Origin: Eledone cirrhosa
Lineage: Eukaryota
Direction of reading: 5' to 3'
DNA length: 64,000 nucleotides
Assembly: GCA_964016885.1 (NCBI GenBank)
Contig: OZ024740.1
Location: 78,058,001 to 78,122,000, forward strand
Position numbers and translations under genes: made by a program. Positions 1-12,409 of this stretch are shown piece by piece. How positions within the stretch are numbered: position 1 is the first letter of the stretch; each line of letters begins with the position of its first letter. The notes beneath the pieces are model-generated. The model was not told the origin of the DNA, made no database searches, and saw only the letters and a list, made by a program, of their open reading frames with translations.

Positions 1-208
1 AATAATAATAACAATAATAATAACTAAAAAGAAACAACAGTAGAGTTCTGTGAATGTTAATGAGTAGGTAGTGGGATGTGTGTGTGTGGTGCTGGGAGTG
101 GGGTGGGGTTGATGTAGGATATAATGAGTTTCTTGTTCTCATCTCAGAAACTCGGTGGAAAGTGGGGTGTGTGTGTGTATATATATATATACATACATAC
201 ATACATAC

Positions 209-250
<42 letters not shown>

Positions 251-680
251 ATATATAATATATATACATATATACACTGAAGGGTGGCTGTTTTCTACAT
301 GCAACTCTTCACAAATGTATATACATGTGAGTGCAGTGGTCACATGTGTGTATATGCGTGTGGTCGCATATATGTGTGTGTGTGTACGTGTGTACATGTG
401 GTCGCTTGTGTGTATGTGTGTGAGTGTAGTAATGAAAAGATTTCTTCTACACTCCTTTTAATGTCCCTTGTTCTTCTCCAACTCCTCCTCCTCCTCTCAG
501 CAACAATGTGTGGTAGTGGCGGTGGTGATAATCTGCCTCCCCTCTACCACCTGATGCTTTAATTGACCAGGTGTGTTATCAAAATGAACATCAACTCCTA
601 CAACTAACAACAACAGCAACTTGTGTTGTTATTATTACTTACCTGTATGTAAGACATATTGGCAGTACTGTATTTCTGTC

Positions 681-1010
681 GTGGTGGTGGTGGTGGTGGT
701 GGTGGTGGTTGTGGTGGTAGTTGTGGGGTGGTGGATATGGCTCTAGTGGTAGTAGCGGTGGTACTAATGGAGTAGTTGTGGGGTGGTCGATATGGCTCTG
801 GTGGTAGTAGTGGTTGTGATGGTGGTACTAATGGAGTAGTTATGGGGTGGTAGATATGGCTTTGGTGGTAGTAGCGGTTGTGATGGTGGTGGTGGTACTA
901 ATGTAGTAGTTATGGGGTAGTGGTTGTGATGGTGGTGGTGGTGGTACTAATATAGTAGTTGTGGGGTAATGTATATGGCTCTGGTGGTAGTAGTGGTTGT
1001 GTTTGTGATG
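681..1010. repeat. (GGT)n microsatellite grading into a degenerate ~55-65 bp GT-rich minisatellite
   Basis: Recurrent unit gtggggtggtxgatatggctctggtggtagtagtggttgtgatggtggtactaatggagtagtt, about 5 imperfect copies. Confidence 0.75.
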
Positions 1011-1131
1011 TTATGGTTATTTGGTTCTGCTTTGTTGTGAGGTTTCTAGCGTATTAGTAATTGGTTACTGGTTGTATTATAGCTGCATGTGTGGGGTGGT
1101 GTCTGCAGTCGATCAAGTCCCGGTATTTACC

Positions 1132-1513
1132 TACTTTCGGGTCTCGAATAATCGCTCCTCTCCTCCCCGCTAATTAATTTTTCAGACCCCCCCCCCTTCT
1201 CTTTTTCCAAGCGTCCCCCTATCCCCATCCCACCCGCTTATTAAATTTTGCTAATCTATCTCCGGCGAAATTTTATTTTAAGTGGTAGCATTCCTTCGAC
1301 AATTAATTTTCTTTATAAAACATTACACATGACAAAAAAAAACATTAACAGAAATTCCATATGTTATAAAATAAATAGGATGGGTTGAGGTCTCAATATG
1401 TAAACTAAACATCTAATTCTGTTTTGTTTTTTTAAATTCAAAGGAGAAAAGTACCAATTTCCCTCCCACCCCACCTATCCCCATCCTCCATCTATTACTT
1501 GGGACCCGTGAGT
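1132..1513 (+). mobile_element. MITE (TA-flanked TIR element, Tc1/mariner/pogo-like), copy 1
   Basis: Ends tactttcgggtctcgaataat ... attacttgggacccgtgagt are imperfect inverted repeats; internal ctaatctatctccggcgaaattttattttaagtggtag is shared with copies at 2778 and 3239. Confidence 0.75.
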
Positions 1514-1699
1514 TCCGCGTTACGGGCAGCAATGCCTGAATGTGTGGCCGAAACAAGGGTGGAGGTGAAGAATGTGTCATTGTCCTCGGGGAGATTATCA
1601 CCACTTTCACACATTGTTGCTGAGAGGAGGAGTTAGAGAAAAACAAGTGATATTAAAAGATGTATAGAAGAAATCTCAGCATCACCATTATCATCGTAT

Positions 1700-1925
1700 A
1701 ACGTACATTTTCCACGCTAGCATGGGTCATACAAGCTATCCTGTTGTGAGACAAGCCAGGTCAGATGACCGTGTTTTGCTCACACAGAACTGATTTCGGC
1801 TTGGTTTCTACGGCTGGATGCTTTTCCTAACACCAACCACATTTACAGTGTCTGCTGGGTGCTTTTTGTCGTGGCACCTACACGACCACTTTACAGTGTG
1901 GACTGGATGCTTTTTGTCGTGACAT
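1700..1925 (-). mobile_element. RTE-related repeat fragment (SINE/LINE-derived)
   Basis: tttctacggctggatgcttttcctaacaccaaccac resembles the RTE-derived segment of common octopus repeats; short internal duplication at 1840-1925. Confidence 0.45.
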
Positions 1926-2000
1926 CATATATTTCACAGCGAAAATTATTCTTTTAAAAAATGTATTCATATTTGATATAACGCTCTGAAACGCTTGGAG

Positions 2001-2223
2001 ATTATTAGTTTCTAACTTAAACATAAGGCCAACACATTTAAGGGAAGGGCAAAATTCATTAAATAAATCCCATTATTCGACTGGTACTTTATTTTATCGC
2101 CCCCACATTGATGAAAATCAAAGTTGATATAGGTGGGATTTGAACTCTGAATGTAAAAGACCCAGAACAAATACCGCAATGGCATTTAATTCAACGCTCA
2201 ACCACTTCTGCCAATCCACCACC
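2001..2223 (-). mobile_element. tRNA-derived SINE family A
   Basis: Minus strand shows A-box-like tggcagaagtggttgag, B-box-like gagttcaaatcc, core ctttgattttcatc...ataaaataaagtaccag and tail ggccttatg...gaaactaataat. Confidence 0.7.
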
Positions 2224-2394
2224 ATATAACAACGCCTAAAGGTTATTGGCGACAAACTAAAGTACTGCGATACAGTTTGGAAACCTCTGAATTAGGTTGT
2301 GATTTGAGGGAGATTTGGCTGCTTTGATTTCTTCCAGAGAAGAGTAAAGAAAATGTGAGAAAGAGATATAGAGAGTAAATAGACCTCAGTACTA

Positions 2395-2538
2395 GACTGG
2401 TACGTTTTTTTATCGACCTTGAATGGATGAAAGGCAAAGTTGGCCCCGGTGAAATTTGAACTCAAGAGAGCAGAGAGCCGAAACGAGTACTACAAAGCAT
2501 TCTATTTGACGTTCTAACGGCTCTGCCAATTCGCCACT
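2395..2538 (-). mobile_element. tRNA-derived SINE family A
   Basis: ctggtac...tatcgacc...ggatgaaaggcaaagtt...atttgaactc...tctgccaattcgcc. Confidence 0.75.
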
Positions 2539-2777
2539 TAAGAGGAAGTTACTCTAATTTAATAGCTAAAGATCATTTGGTTTCGGGTTGTTTAAAGCAT
2601 GCTGTACTACTGAGAGGAAAGGTTTTGTGGAAAGTAAATACAGTTTAGTGCACACCTCATTCAAGTACAGAAACTTCTTAAACCACAAACAACAGACTTT
2701 TCATATGTGGTCGATGCCGTTGCAACAGTTGAAATATTACGTCACTTCCATAGTTTCCTCGCTATGAGGGAACAGAA

Positions 2778-3092
2778 TACTCTCAGGTCTCGAATAATCG
2801 TTCTCCCCCCCTACCTCGTTTATTACATTTTGCTAATCTATCTCCGGCGAAATTTTATTTTAAGTGGTAGCATTCCTGCGACAATTAATTTTCTTTATAC
2901 ATGACAAAAAAAAGTACATTACTAGAAATCCCATACGGTATGATATAAATAGGATAGGTAGGGATCTCAATATGTAAACTAAATGACTAATTCTGTTTTT
3001 TTTAAAAATCAACGAGGCAACCTAAAAAAATTACCAATTTTCGAAACCACCCGCTTATTCCACCCCTCTCTATTATTTGGGACCTGAGGGTA
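2778..3092 (+). mobile_element. MITE copy 2 (same family as 1132-1513)
   Basis: TIRs TActctcaggtctcgaataat / attatttgggacctgagggTA with TA at both ends. Confidence 0.8.
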
Positions 3093-3238
3093 GGTATAAC
3101 ATTGGCGATAGCGGTCACTTTTCACTGGTGGCCCGCGTGGCTACTTCACTTCAAAACACGCGTAGGATCGATCTGATGTACCTCCACGCAACAGTTTGTC
3201 ACAGGACATGGGTTGTCCCGAATCTATGGTGAAAGACA

Positions 3239-3598
3239 TATTCTCAGGTTCCAAATAATAGCTGGGGTTGGAATAAGCGAAGAGGTTGGAAAATCTGTAA
3301 TTTTTCTAGGTTGTCTCGTTGCCAGTTTTCTAGGATTTTTTTAAAAACCAGAATTAGTCGTTTAGTTTACATATTGAGACCCCCGACCGATCCTATGTAT
3401 TTTATAACGTATGTGATTTCTAGAAATGTACTTTTTATGTCGTTTATAGTGTTTTTTAATGTATAAAAAAAAATGAATTGTTGCAGGAATTCTACCACTT
3501 AAAATAAAATTTCGCCGGAGATAGATTAACAAAATCTAATAAGTGAAGGGGTTGGAAAAAAATCTGAAAAATTAATAAGGGGCGGGAACGATTATTTG
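3239..3598 (-). mobile_element. MITE copy 3, inverted
   Basis: ctaccacttaaaataaaatttcgccggagatagatta is the reverse complement of the family core; left TIR tattctcaggttccaaataat. Confidence 0.75.
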
Positions 3599-3606
3599 TG
3601 CTAGCT

Positions 3607-3682
3607 GTCCTCGATGCCACACTGTGTGATCGAACTCGGAACCTCTATGATTGTGAAGCGAAATTCTAAACCACACAGCCAT
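3607..3682 (-). mobile_element. tRNA-derived SINE family B, head only
   Basis: Reverse complement atggctgtgtggtttagaatttcgcttcacaatcatagaggttccgagttcgatcacacagtgtggca has A and B boxes; homologous to the head at 28883. Confidence 0.6.
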
Positions 3683-4344
3683 TACACTATATAGAAATTA
3701 AACGGAGCTCGTCCAGGATGAGTGCACGCGTGTGTGACTACAATATAATGTGGAGACCTTCATGATTGATTTTTAGTGAGACTTTGTTTTATAGCCGTTA
3801 CATAATCTGACCAATATATGATGACAGCTGGATAGTCTATCCTCCATCCTAACCCTGCGCCGTCTCATCGTGTGTGACCAGAACTGCATCTCCTGCTCAC
3901 CTGTTAACTATATAAACTAAACCCAGGCCTCCTCTGCCGTTAGCGGTTCTTGTTACCTGACTTTCCCTTTCATACCTGACTAATGACGTGCAGCTCATAA
4001 AATATTCAGTAACGTTGTTGACATTTGTCAAAAAGTGATGAGTGGACGAATACCTGGGGAATTGGTCTCCAGAGCGAGAAGAGGAAGCCGAGAGGGATAT
4101 AGTTAGATTGTTGGATGGGTAGGTAGGGGAATAGATAAATGTATTGGTAAATATGGAGATGATTATATATATATATATAATGTGTGTATATGTGCATATG
4201 TATATGGGCATATATATATGAGAGAGAGAGGTATATGTATATATAAATGCTTATTTACACCCCACTCCTACACTGCTTATTACATCTACGCTACCCTATA
4301 TTATCTGGGACCCAAGAGTAGGGTGACTTAACCGTCCCGCATGA

Positions 4345-5373
4345 TATCACCCAGTGTCTGTGTATTGCAGATTTGTGACCTCGTGTCGAACAGTACTAAC
4401 ACGTGAAGGACAGATCTGGCTATCAGCCGAGTCTATAGAGAAAATAAAAGCGCCAACTTTAAGTCTTCCTACGCCTGGTAGCTGTGGTGAAAGAAGCTGT
4501 TTGGTGGATATGTCTAAAAGGTTTCAGGACAGGAATGTTCCTCTCCAATTAGGTCCTCATTAACCTTTTCAAGTAGCTCTTGAAGAGGGAGACACTCCCT
4601 TCTTGTGTGTCTTGTGAAAGATTGGTGAGAGTGAAGAGATTGACGTGACTGAATGAACCTACTTCTAAACAGGAGGGAAGAAACGGCGAGAATGCATGTT
4701 CAATGCCTTTGATGTCCACCACATTAATGACAGGGTTAAGATAGTCACATATATATTTTTTAGAAGGAAAGAGGAAACGAAAGGGTCGTTAGTGAAAAAT
4801 TACACACACATGTACACCAGGTCCGAACACAATATCGGTTGCTTCCGACAGGTTTGCAGTCGAGCCCCTAGCAGTTGAAACATCTGGTGTCCTTGGCCCT
4901 AGGGCTACCTCCCTACTCACCACCATATGCGCTGAGCTGGAATGGCTTTTCCAGCGCATCTTCCTCACCATCCTCCGAGGAAGCGCCTTCTTTATTCAGT
5001 CCGCCGGGGCCGTGGGGCGGCCAGTGCATGGGACCCTATTCGCTCATAATAGTGAGTGATGGGGATGGCGAGAGAGGTGGGGGTGATGCCTTTGATGTTA
5101 CAAAGTAATCCGCGTTTTTGTGTTGGTTTTCCCTGGAATTACCCTAAAGTGCAGTCCTCTCCTACTGTGGAACATTTCTTAGTTGACATTTCTTTTTGTT
5201 CTATATTATCATTACTATTTATTACAATGTTATTCCCTACTGTTTTCCTTTTGTTGATATCCCCTTTCATTTACTCGATGTAAACCCCACTCTGTGTTTG
5301 CTTTACGTCCTTGTAATATTCCCAACGTCTTAGGTCCTTCTGATTAATAAAGGAAATTATTATTATTATTATT
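4345..5373 (+). mobile_element. Old degraded 3' fragment of a Tx1-like LINE
   Basis: ggacagatctggctatcagccgagtctatagagaaaat (IWLSAESIEKI) matches IRLSAESIVKI at 10745-10780; 3'UTR tgtaaaccccact, AATAAA and (ATT)n tail as in the young copy. Confidence 0.7.
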
Positions 5374-5565
5374 GTAGCGGTCGCTGTCAACTATTTTCTG
5401 TCTCTAAGGGTTCTTTATTCGATTTTCTAAGGTACTTATAGCAATCAACTGTACTTACAGTTATTTTACGGCGTCTGAGTTTCCCTACATTATAATATTT
5501 GGGCCTTTTGACCCAAATATTTGAACTTTTTTTGCATTTAAAAAAATTTACGGGCAAAAAAAAAC

Positions 5566-7447
5566 ATGGCTGAGAGCCCCCCCCTCCCCCCGCGATATGT
5601 CTGCTGTCGTGCGACAACGACGTAGAAGTTAAGAGGAGCGCTACAGCGAAATTAACACAAATTGATAACACAAACACCACTACAAACAAGGTAAACAAAG
5701 ACACCAATGATGCCAATGAGAACTCTAATTTTGAAAAAAATGACAGTAACAGCGACAACGAAAATACAGATATCAAAAAAAAAAAAATGACAAATGCAAC
5801 AACAATATCAACACCACTAACATAAAAACAAATAGCGACAACACCAGCAGCAACAATACCAACTGCACCGAGAACAACGGTGGCAACAAAGACAACAATG
5901 ATAACAGCGACAGTGATAACAACAACACCAACAAGAAGAACACTTTCGCTGCGGCAGCAGCAAAAAAGAGGCCATGCTTCAACATGGACCTCTCAAACAA
6001 AGATGAAAAGATGGCCCAGGCATGGAAGCTCATCAAGCAAGAGCAAACTTGGACCAACTTAACTGTCCCGGTAGAAGCTATTGAGGCAGTGGCGCGCAGA
6101 ACGGTGCATTATAGATGCATCTCAGCACAAACCAAAAGGGCAGCTTTAATCCCACAAGCAAATGTCGAAGTCGCGCTGAGGTGCATCACTGAATACACAG
6201 AGAGGGGCAGACAGTACGGCACCATTTCGGTGTTGTTCAAGTCAGAAGCCCTCGCTATGAAACACGCTACGACTCCTTGCAAAACCAGCAAGGTCATAAT
6301 GTACCCCTCCCACATGGGAAAAAGAACGGCCCGTCTCCGCATTCCCAGAATCCCACCAGGACTTGACATGTGGTGGCTTCTGGGATGTGTGATTGTGGAG
6401 GGGACGGATGCCGTCCCTATAGAAGTAACCAGAACGGCCAGAGAGGACTGGTCCGGGGTTGACCTGGAGATCCTTCTCCAGATCAGGCGCGAGAATGTGA
6501 AGACAATCCCAGGCCACATCCGCCTTCAGAATGGGACGGTCATTCACATTATGACTGAAGGCAAAAGGCCGCAGTATTTTGTTTGTGGGGAAAAAACCCA
6601 TTTGCGAGCCTTCCGCCCGCAACTGCTGAAAGAGGCAAGGGGTCGAAAGGCTCCACTGCTGCCGACGCCGGGGAGAGGACCACAACCAACACCAGCATCG
6701 GCAAAACCACCACCAACAACACCAATAGAAAGACCACCACTAACATTGACTACCCAGAGGGGAAACGAGGAAAGCTGTCAAATTCCCCCCCCCCCCCCAA
6801 AATACACACACCAATAAAACCATAAACATACATACAGACACAGACCCTTCAGCTACCAGTAGTGAAGATGAGGGAAAACCAAAATCCCCCAAAATACAAA
6901 AAAGGAAACACAAAAAGAAAAAAAAAATCAACAAAGCACAAAATCACCCACAATAAAAAACGCAAACATCTCTCCAATAACACCAACATCAACATCACCA
7001 GAATCCCCCAAACGCAAACAACCTAAACACACGCAAGAACAAATAAACACACAAACATCTGAAACCACAACAAACACAGATACAACCGAAACACCACCAC
7101 CAAAACCATCACCACCACAGCCACGCAAACAAATAAAATCACAGCAACAAAACTTCGTGCTCGTCAGGAGGGCCAGCAAGGAACTGATGGCCCTCGTAGC
7201 ACGAAGTGAAAATATACAAAAAGAGGGGGAAAGTTTTAAATCGATCACATTTCGCGTGCCGGAAGATTTGGTTCTGGTGCGAATGTTGATCGAATTATAC
7301 AAAGAAATACGAGACAGCTTTCCTCGGGACGTGGGAACCCTGAACGTAAAACCAACTTCAAGACTTTTAAAGGGGTTCCCAAAAGAAACCCCACCAACTA
7401 TGGAGGTCGAACAACCCGACCTTCACAAGAGCCCGGAAGGTAAGTAA
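5566..7447 (+). pseudogene. LINE ORF1 (nucleic-acid-binding, gag-like), frameshifted
   Basis: ATG at 5566, N/T/D-rich N-terminus, core ORF 5984-6817 with degenerate zinc knuckle YFVCGEKTHLRAFR (CX2CX4HX4C with first and last Cys lost), P/T/K-rich linker, last segment 7157-7447; frameshifts at C and A homopolymers. Confidence 0.75.
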
Positions 7448-7479
7448 ACCTTTCCTCTCTCTCTTTTTAACCTGCCAAC

Positions 7480-10400
7480 ATGGCCGTATTAAGAGTAGGA
7501 TGTTTAAATGTTCGAGGCCTGGGATCGTCCTGGAAGCAGGGTCACCTGCCCAACGACCTCAAGTCTCTAAAAATGGATGTAATTGCCGTCAGCGAGACCA
7601 GGATTTCCGACACGCGCGCACTAGCCCCCATTTTCGACGACTATCAGATCTTCGCATCTGTTAGCCGGCCGGGAATGGGAGGCGGGGTGGCAGTGCTGTT
7701 TAGGAAAGGCCTGGATCTCGAGGTAAGGTCGATATTCCGGGACCCGGACGGGAAGTTGGTGGTCCTGGATGTGAACATAAACGAAGGTGGTGCCTTTAGA
7801 CTGGTGGCCGTCTATGCTCCTACTGGGGCAGGACGGCCGGACTTCTTTAGACACCTGGAAGCCTTTCTGGGTACGTCTCGCCCTTTACTGTTAGCGGGGG
7901 ACTGGAACGGCATCTTAGACGCACGCTGGGACTGTGTGGGAGTATCAGATAGGAGCGGGGGGTGCAAAAGCCTCAAGAACCTAAACAGCCAGTTCCAACT
8001 GTCTGACAGGTACCGACTAGATTTCCCTAATGCGCCAGTGTGGACCTGGGCTAACCGCATAGAGTCATCTAAATCGTATATAGACAGGATATTCATTAGG
8101 AAAATAGACAGAAATAGTGTAAGCTGTCCACGTTTTCAAACGGTCGCCTATTCAGATCACAAGTTTGTGATCTGTATGGTCGACCTAGATAAGACGCGTA
8201 GGTTAGGACCTGGTTACTGGAAGCTAAACATGTCATTTTCGGCACGTAAGGCTTACAGGGACCAGGTCAACGATTTAGTTAATAAAAAGTTGACAGGGGG
8301 GAGTCGTCAACAATAGATGGGGGGGGGGGGGGCTCTCAAAAGAGAGATTAGAGTAATGTCGATAGAGTTTAACAAAGAAGTAGCTTAGAGAAAAATAGAA
8401 AGAAGGGGGGAGTTGGTAGATAAGTTAGACGAGGCTATTGGTAGTGGCATTGCAACTAACGTGCTCGCGGCGAGAATGGCATTAGACCATTTCTTCAATG
8501 CGAAACACGAAGGTTGCATTGTCAGAGCTAAGGCGCGTGCTCTGAGAAACGAGGGAACCAAAGCTGTTCGATGGGCCCGCGTGGCAGAAGCGCAGCGCGG
8601 TAATAAGAACACGATTCGGTCTTTGACGAACCTAGACGTACACGAGCTGAGCGATTCCAAGCGGATGTGTGAGGCCTTTCGCCAACATTTTGTCCGGTTG
8701 TTCGGGTGAAGTGGCGCGATGGGCCCGCGTGGCAGAAGCGCAGCACGGTAATAAGAACACGATTCGGTCTTTGATGAACCTAGACGTACACGAGCTGAGC
8801 GATTCCAAGATGTGTGAGGCCTTTCGCCAACATTTTGTCCGGTTGTTCGGGTGAAGTGGCGGGTCAGAGATGGTGGCGACTTCAGTCCCTACCTCGATGG
8901 CTTGCCGCAACTCTCGACGGCTGACGCTGGGCGCTGCGAAAGGCCAATTACTTCAGCCGAGATTCAGGATGCCCTTGTCGGCTGCATGAGGCGCAAGTCA
9001 CCCGGTTTGGATGGTCTGCCCTACGAGCTTTACGTAAATATGCCAGACTTGTTCTCCAATCTCCTCGAGGCCCTCTACTGCAACTGGCAGCAAAACGGGA
9101 GTATTCCCAGTTCTGTGAGCCGGGGCCTAGTGACGCTGATTAGGAAAGACGAGAACAAGAGGGACACATTAGACAATTTCAGGCCCATAACTTTTCCCAT
9201 AACACAGAGTTTAATATTTTGGCCAGGGTGTTAGCGAAGAGGTTGGCGCTTGTCGTCGGGGATTTGGTTGGGGAGGCGCAAACTTGCGCAATCCCAACCA
9301 GGTCCATACACGACAACCTCCACCTAATGCGATACATCATAAAGAGGGTAGGGTGTAAACCTGGCTTCGGTGGGGCTCTGATCAATTTAGATCAATCGAA
9401 AGCATTCGATAGGGTCGACCATCGGTACCTGGAGGCTGTCCTCAAGGCGGCTGGCTTCGGCTCCGTCTTCAGAAGCTGGATCGCTGCAATGCACAGCGGC
9501 ACCTACTCGATGGTCAAAATTAATGGCCACCTCTCGGAACCGTTTCAGGTCTCCCAATCGGTCCGTCAAGGGTGCCCTCTCTCCTCCCTTCTGTACGTAT
9601 TGACTCTCGAGCCTTTACTGCAGAAGCTGGAGCTGTTGCAGGGCATCCCGATCGAACCGGGACGCGGAAAGGCTGTGTCGACTTATGCGGACGACATCAC
9701 CGTGATGGTGTCGGACACCTCAGAAATCGAGGTGGTCGGCAACCTATTGGAGGAATATGAAAGGTTGACGGGAGCAAAACTTAACCCGGAAAAGTCGGTG
9801 GGCTTGCACTCGGCACCTGGAGAGGAACATGCCGTACAACAGCGTCGTTAGGCGCTGGACGGACGGACCGGTAAAGTTGCTCGGGGTTTGGTTCGGGCCA
9901 GACCTCCATGTGGATAAGAATTGGGACAGGTGACGGGCAGGGTAGCCAGTCTCACCCAGAAATGGGCTGGGATGAAGCTATCACTGAAAGGTCGGGCGGA
10001 GGTGGCGAACGCGTACATCTCGTCGGTCATCTACTACCGTCTGACCATCGTCCCTTGCTCCGTTTGCGCCTCGCCATCTTGGAGCGGATCCTCTTCAAAT
10101 TCTTGTGGAGGGGTCCGGTTCCGCTGGTGAGGCGGTCCATCTGCTGCCAGCACCCTCTACGTGGTGGGCTGGGCAAGCCGTGGCTAATGATGCGCAGGCA
10201 CACGCTGACGCTGCGGCATCTCCAGATATTCTGCCTAAACGCTGAACAGGTGGGTCGCCGTTTGTCAGACGGGCCTTTCCGCAGCTCATTTCTTTGACTG
10301 AGCTGCAGTCCTGGGTCAAGAAGAGACCGAGATTAGATGACTGGCATCTGGAATGTTGCCAGGCACTCACTGCCCTCTACCAGGTGGGCAATGCGGTCAG

Positions 10401-11054
10401 TGGAACTTCCACTCTCGAGTTCTATAGAGGATTAGTGATGGGCAAGTGCGACGACGCACTCGGAGAGGCTCTGGGAGTCAACGAAGTGGAACTAACCAGT
10501 CTGTACCGGAGGACTTTCGAGCCGGGGACGATGGATAATTTCCCAAAAACACTCGCTTGGCAGTGCTACTGGGGGGGGGGGGGGCACTGCCGGTTCGAGA
10601 TAAACTCTACAGGCACGGAAGTGCTGTCAGACGGACCTGCCCGAGATGCGCGCAGAGCGACGAAACCGTTCTGCACGCACTCGTCCAGTCTCCGTGCATT
10701 ACTGACTTGTGGAGTTATGTTGAACAGCTGTTGTCGCGTGTAGAACGGATCCGGCTATCGGCCGAGTCCATAGTGAAGATCGACCCGCCGCCTTCTTTTG
10801 GCCAGGAAGGGCAGGCAATTTTCCTCTGTCTGGTGGCAGTAGCGAAAGAGGTTGTATGGTGGACGAGGTTGAAAGGACTGAAGACAGACACTTTTCTCTT
10901 CGGCCAATCCCTCATCAACTTTTTCAAGTTTCACTTGGAAAGGAAGGTGAGGTTGGAGAGAGAAGTGCTGCCTCCCAGTACATTTGCTGAAAGGTGGGTG
11001 AATGTGGCGAGAATGGCCCGTGTGAGTGGGCCTACTCTGGTCATGCGGCTGTAG
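7480..11054 (+). pseudogene. LINE ORF2: apurinic endonuclease + reverse transcriptase + CCHC-type zinc finger, multiple frameshifts
   Basis: APE motifs LNVRGL, SET, GDWN, YIDR, SDH; RT motifs KSPGLDG, NFRPIT, LDQSKAFDRVDH, VRQGCPLS, YADD; C-terminal CPRC..ETVLHAL; GPGYWKLN is typical of Tx1/L1. Confidence 0.92.
8569..8861 (+). repeat. Tandem duplication (148 + 145 bp) inside ORF2
   Basis: cgatgggcccgcgtggcagaagcg...gggtgaagtggcg at 8569-8716 and 8717-8861; the second copy has a 3-nt deletion. Confidence 0.9.
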
Positions 11055-11315
11055 GTAGGTAAATTTGAGGAGGAGAGGGGTGCCCTTCCAGGGTGCTCTC
11101 GAAGCGTCGAGTCGTTCAGGACTGGTGGGGTACCTGAGCGAACCCTAGGTGGTCATCCCCCCTATTGGGGAATTTTTTCTTGTAATTTTCTTGTTACTTT
11201 ATTGTTACTTTGTTATTGTTATTCATATTGCTTACTCAATTTTTCTGTAAAACCCCACTGTCCCAGTCTTTTGTATTGTCCCCTATATGTCGGCCCTTGT
11301 GGCCAATAAATGAAA

Positions 11316-11350
<35 letters not shown>

Positions 11351-11504
11351 TCTCATTCGATTTCTAAAGAAACCTCCACTGTGTAGTGAATGGCCTTCTT
11401 CATTCGATGTCCCCGTGGCAAATAAATGAAACTATCAACACCAATATTATAAATATATGCGTCAAGATATTTGCTTCACCTCTTTGAGGTCAATGTTAAT
11501 TAAT

Positions 11505-11658
11505 GTTGTCTTTCATGCTTCCAGGGTTTATAACATAAAGTACCAGTAACGTACTAGGGTTAACTTTGCCTTTCATCCTTACAGGGTCGATAAAATAAAG
11601 TACCAGTAATGCGCTGGGGTAATAGCTGGCCTTGTGCCAAAAGTAGAAACAATTATTA
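11505..11658 (+). mobile_element. SINE family A, 5'-truncated, with internal duplication
   Basis: actttgcctttcatccttacagggtcgataaaataaagtaccagt ... ggccttgtgccaaaagtagaaacaattatt. Confidence 0.75.
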
Positions 11659-11994
11659 GTCTTCTTTCAGTCACCACTCAACCACACCTCAGGCCATATT
11701 CTTTGTATACATCATTCCTTCCAATGATTCCCCTCGGGAATTAATCGAACTATATACATTTACCTGGTTCTCGTATCTTTATTGATCTTCTGATATATTT
11801 ATTTATCAATTTAATTATTGTTCGTTTCTTCTCCTTTCTTCCACAACACACAACCTAGCTCAGCCTTACCATCCATTACACTTTACCCCCCCCCCCCCAC
11901 ACACACTGAAGCTCTACCAGTCCCCTCGTCCTCCTCTCTCTCATAACACAAACACACCTTGTCGGCTTCTCTCACTTTATTGTAACCCGATGTG

Positions 11995-12105
<111 letters not shown>

Positions 12106-12409
12106 TTATTTGTAATAAACAACCAATCAGCAAACAAATTAGGTGCCTAATCAGTTGATCGCCTATCGATTTTCTCGATCGTTTTACACCTTGTAACCTG
12201 ATCCAATCGTTGCTGTTGACGTGCACACTACTTGATAATTGTGTCCAGCATCAGGTGTCTTTATCGATAAGCTAATATTTCAGTCTGGGCTCCATTCCAC
12301 CCCAGGCGTCACCTCCTTACTTCCATCCAGCTGAAAAGCTATCACCACGTGCGATAAATGTATGTGTTGTTAAGGATTCTAGGGCAACCAACCAGCACAG
12401 CAAACAATC

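Larger units (their letters stand above)
5374..11350 (+). mobile_element. Tx1/L1-group non-LTR retrotransposon, near full length, disrupted
   Basis: Two-ORF layout, APE + RT + C-terminal zinc finger, AATAAA at 11305-11310 and (ATT)n tail 11318-11350; GC-rich relative to the flanks. Confidence 0.92.

Noticed and set aside
637-1010. Minus-strand donor (cag|gtaagt at ~643) with an upstream Thr/Pro-rich repeat as a mucin-like exon
   Set aside because: Repeat unit lengths do not preserve frame and there is no convincing acceptor
4034-4060. gtgatgagtggacgaatac resembling a hammerhead core
   Set aside because: C3 and GAAA are missing and no stems pair
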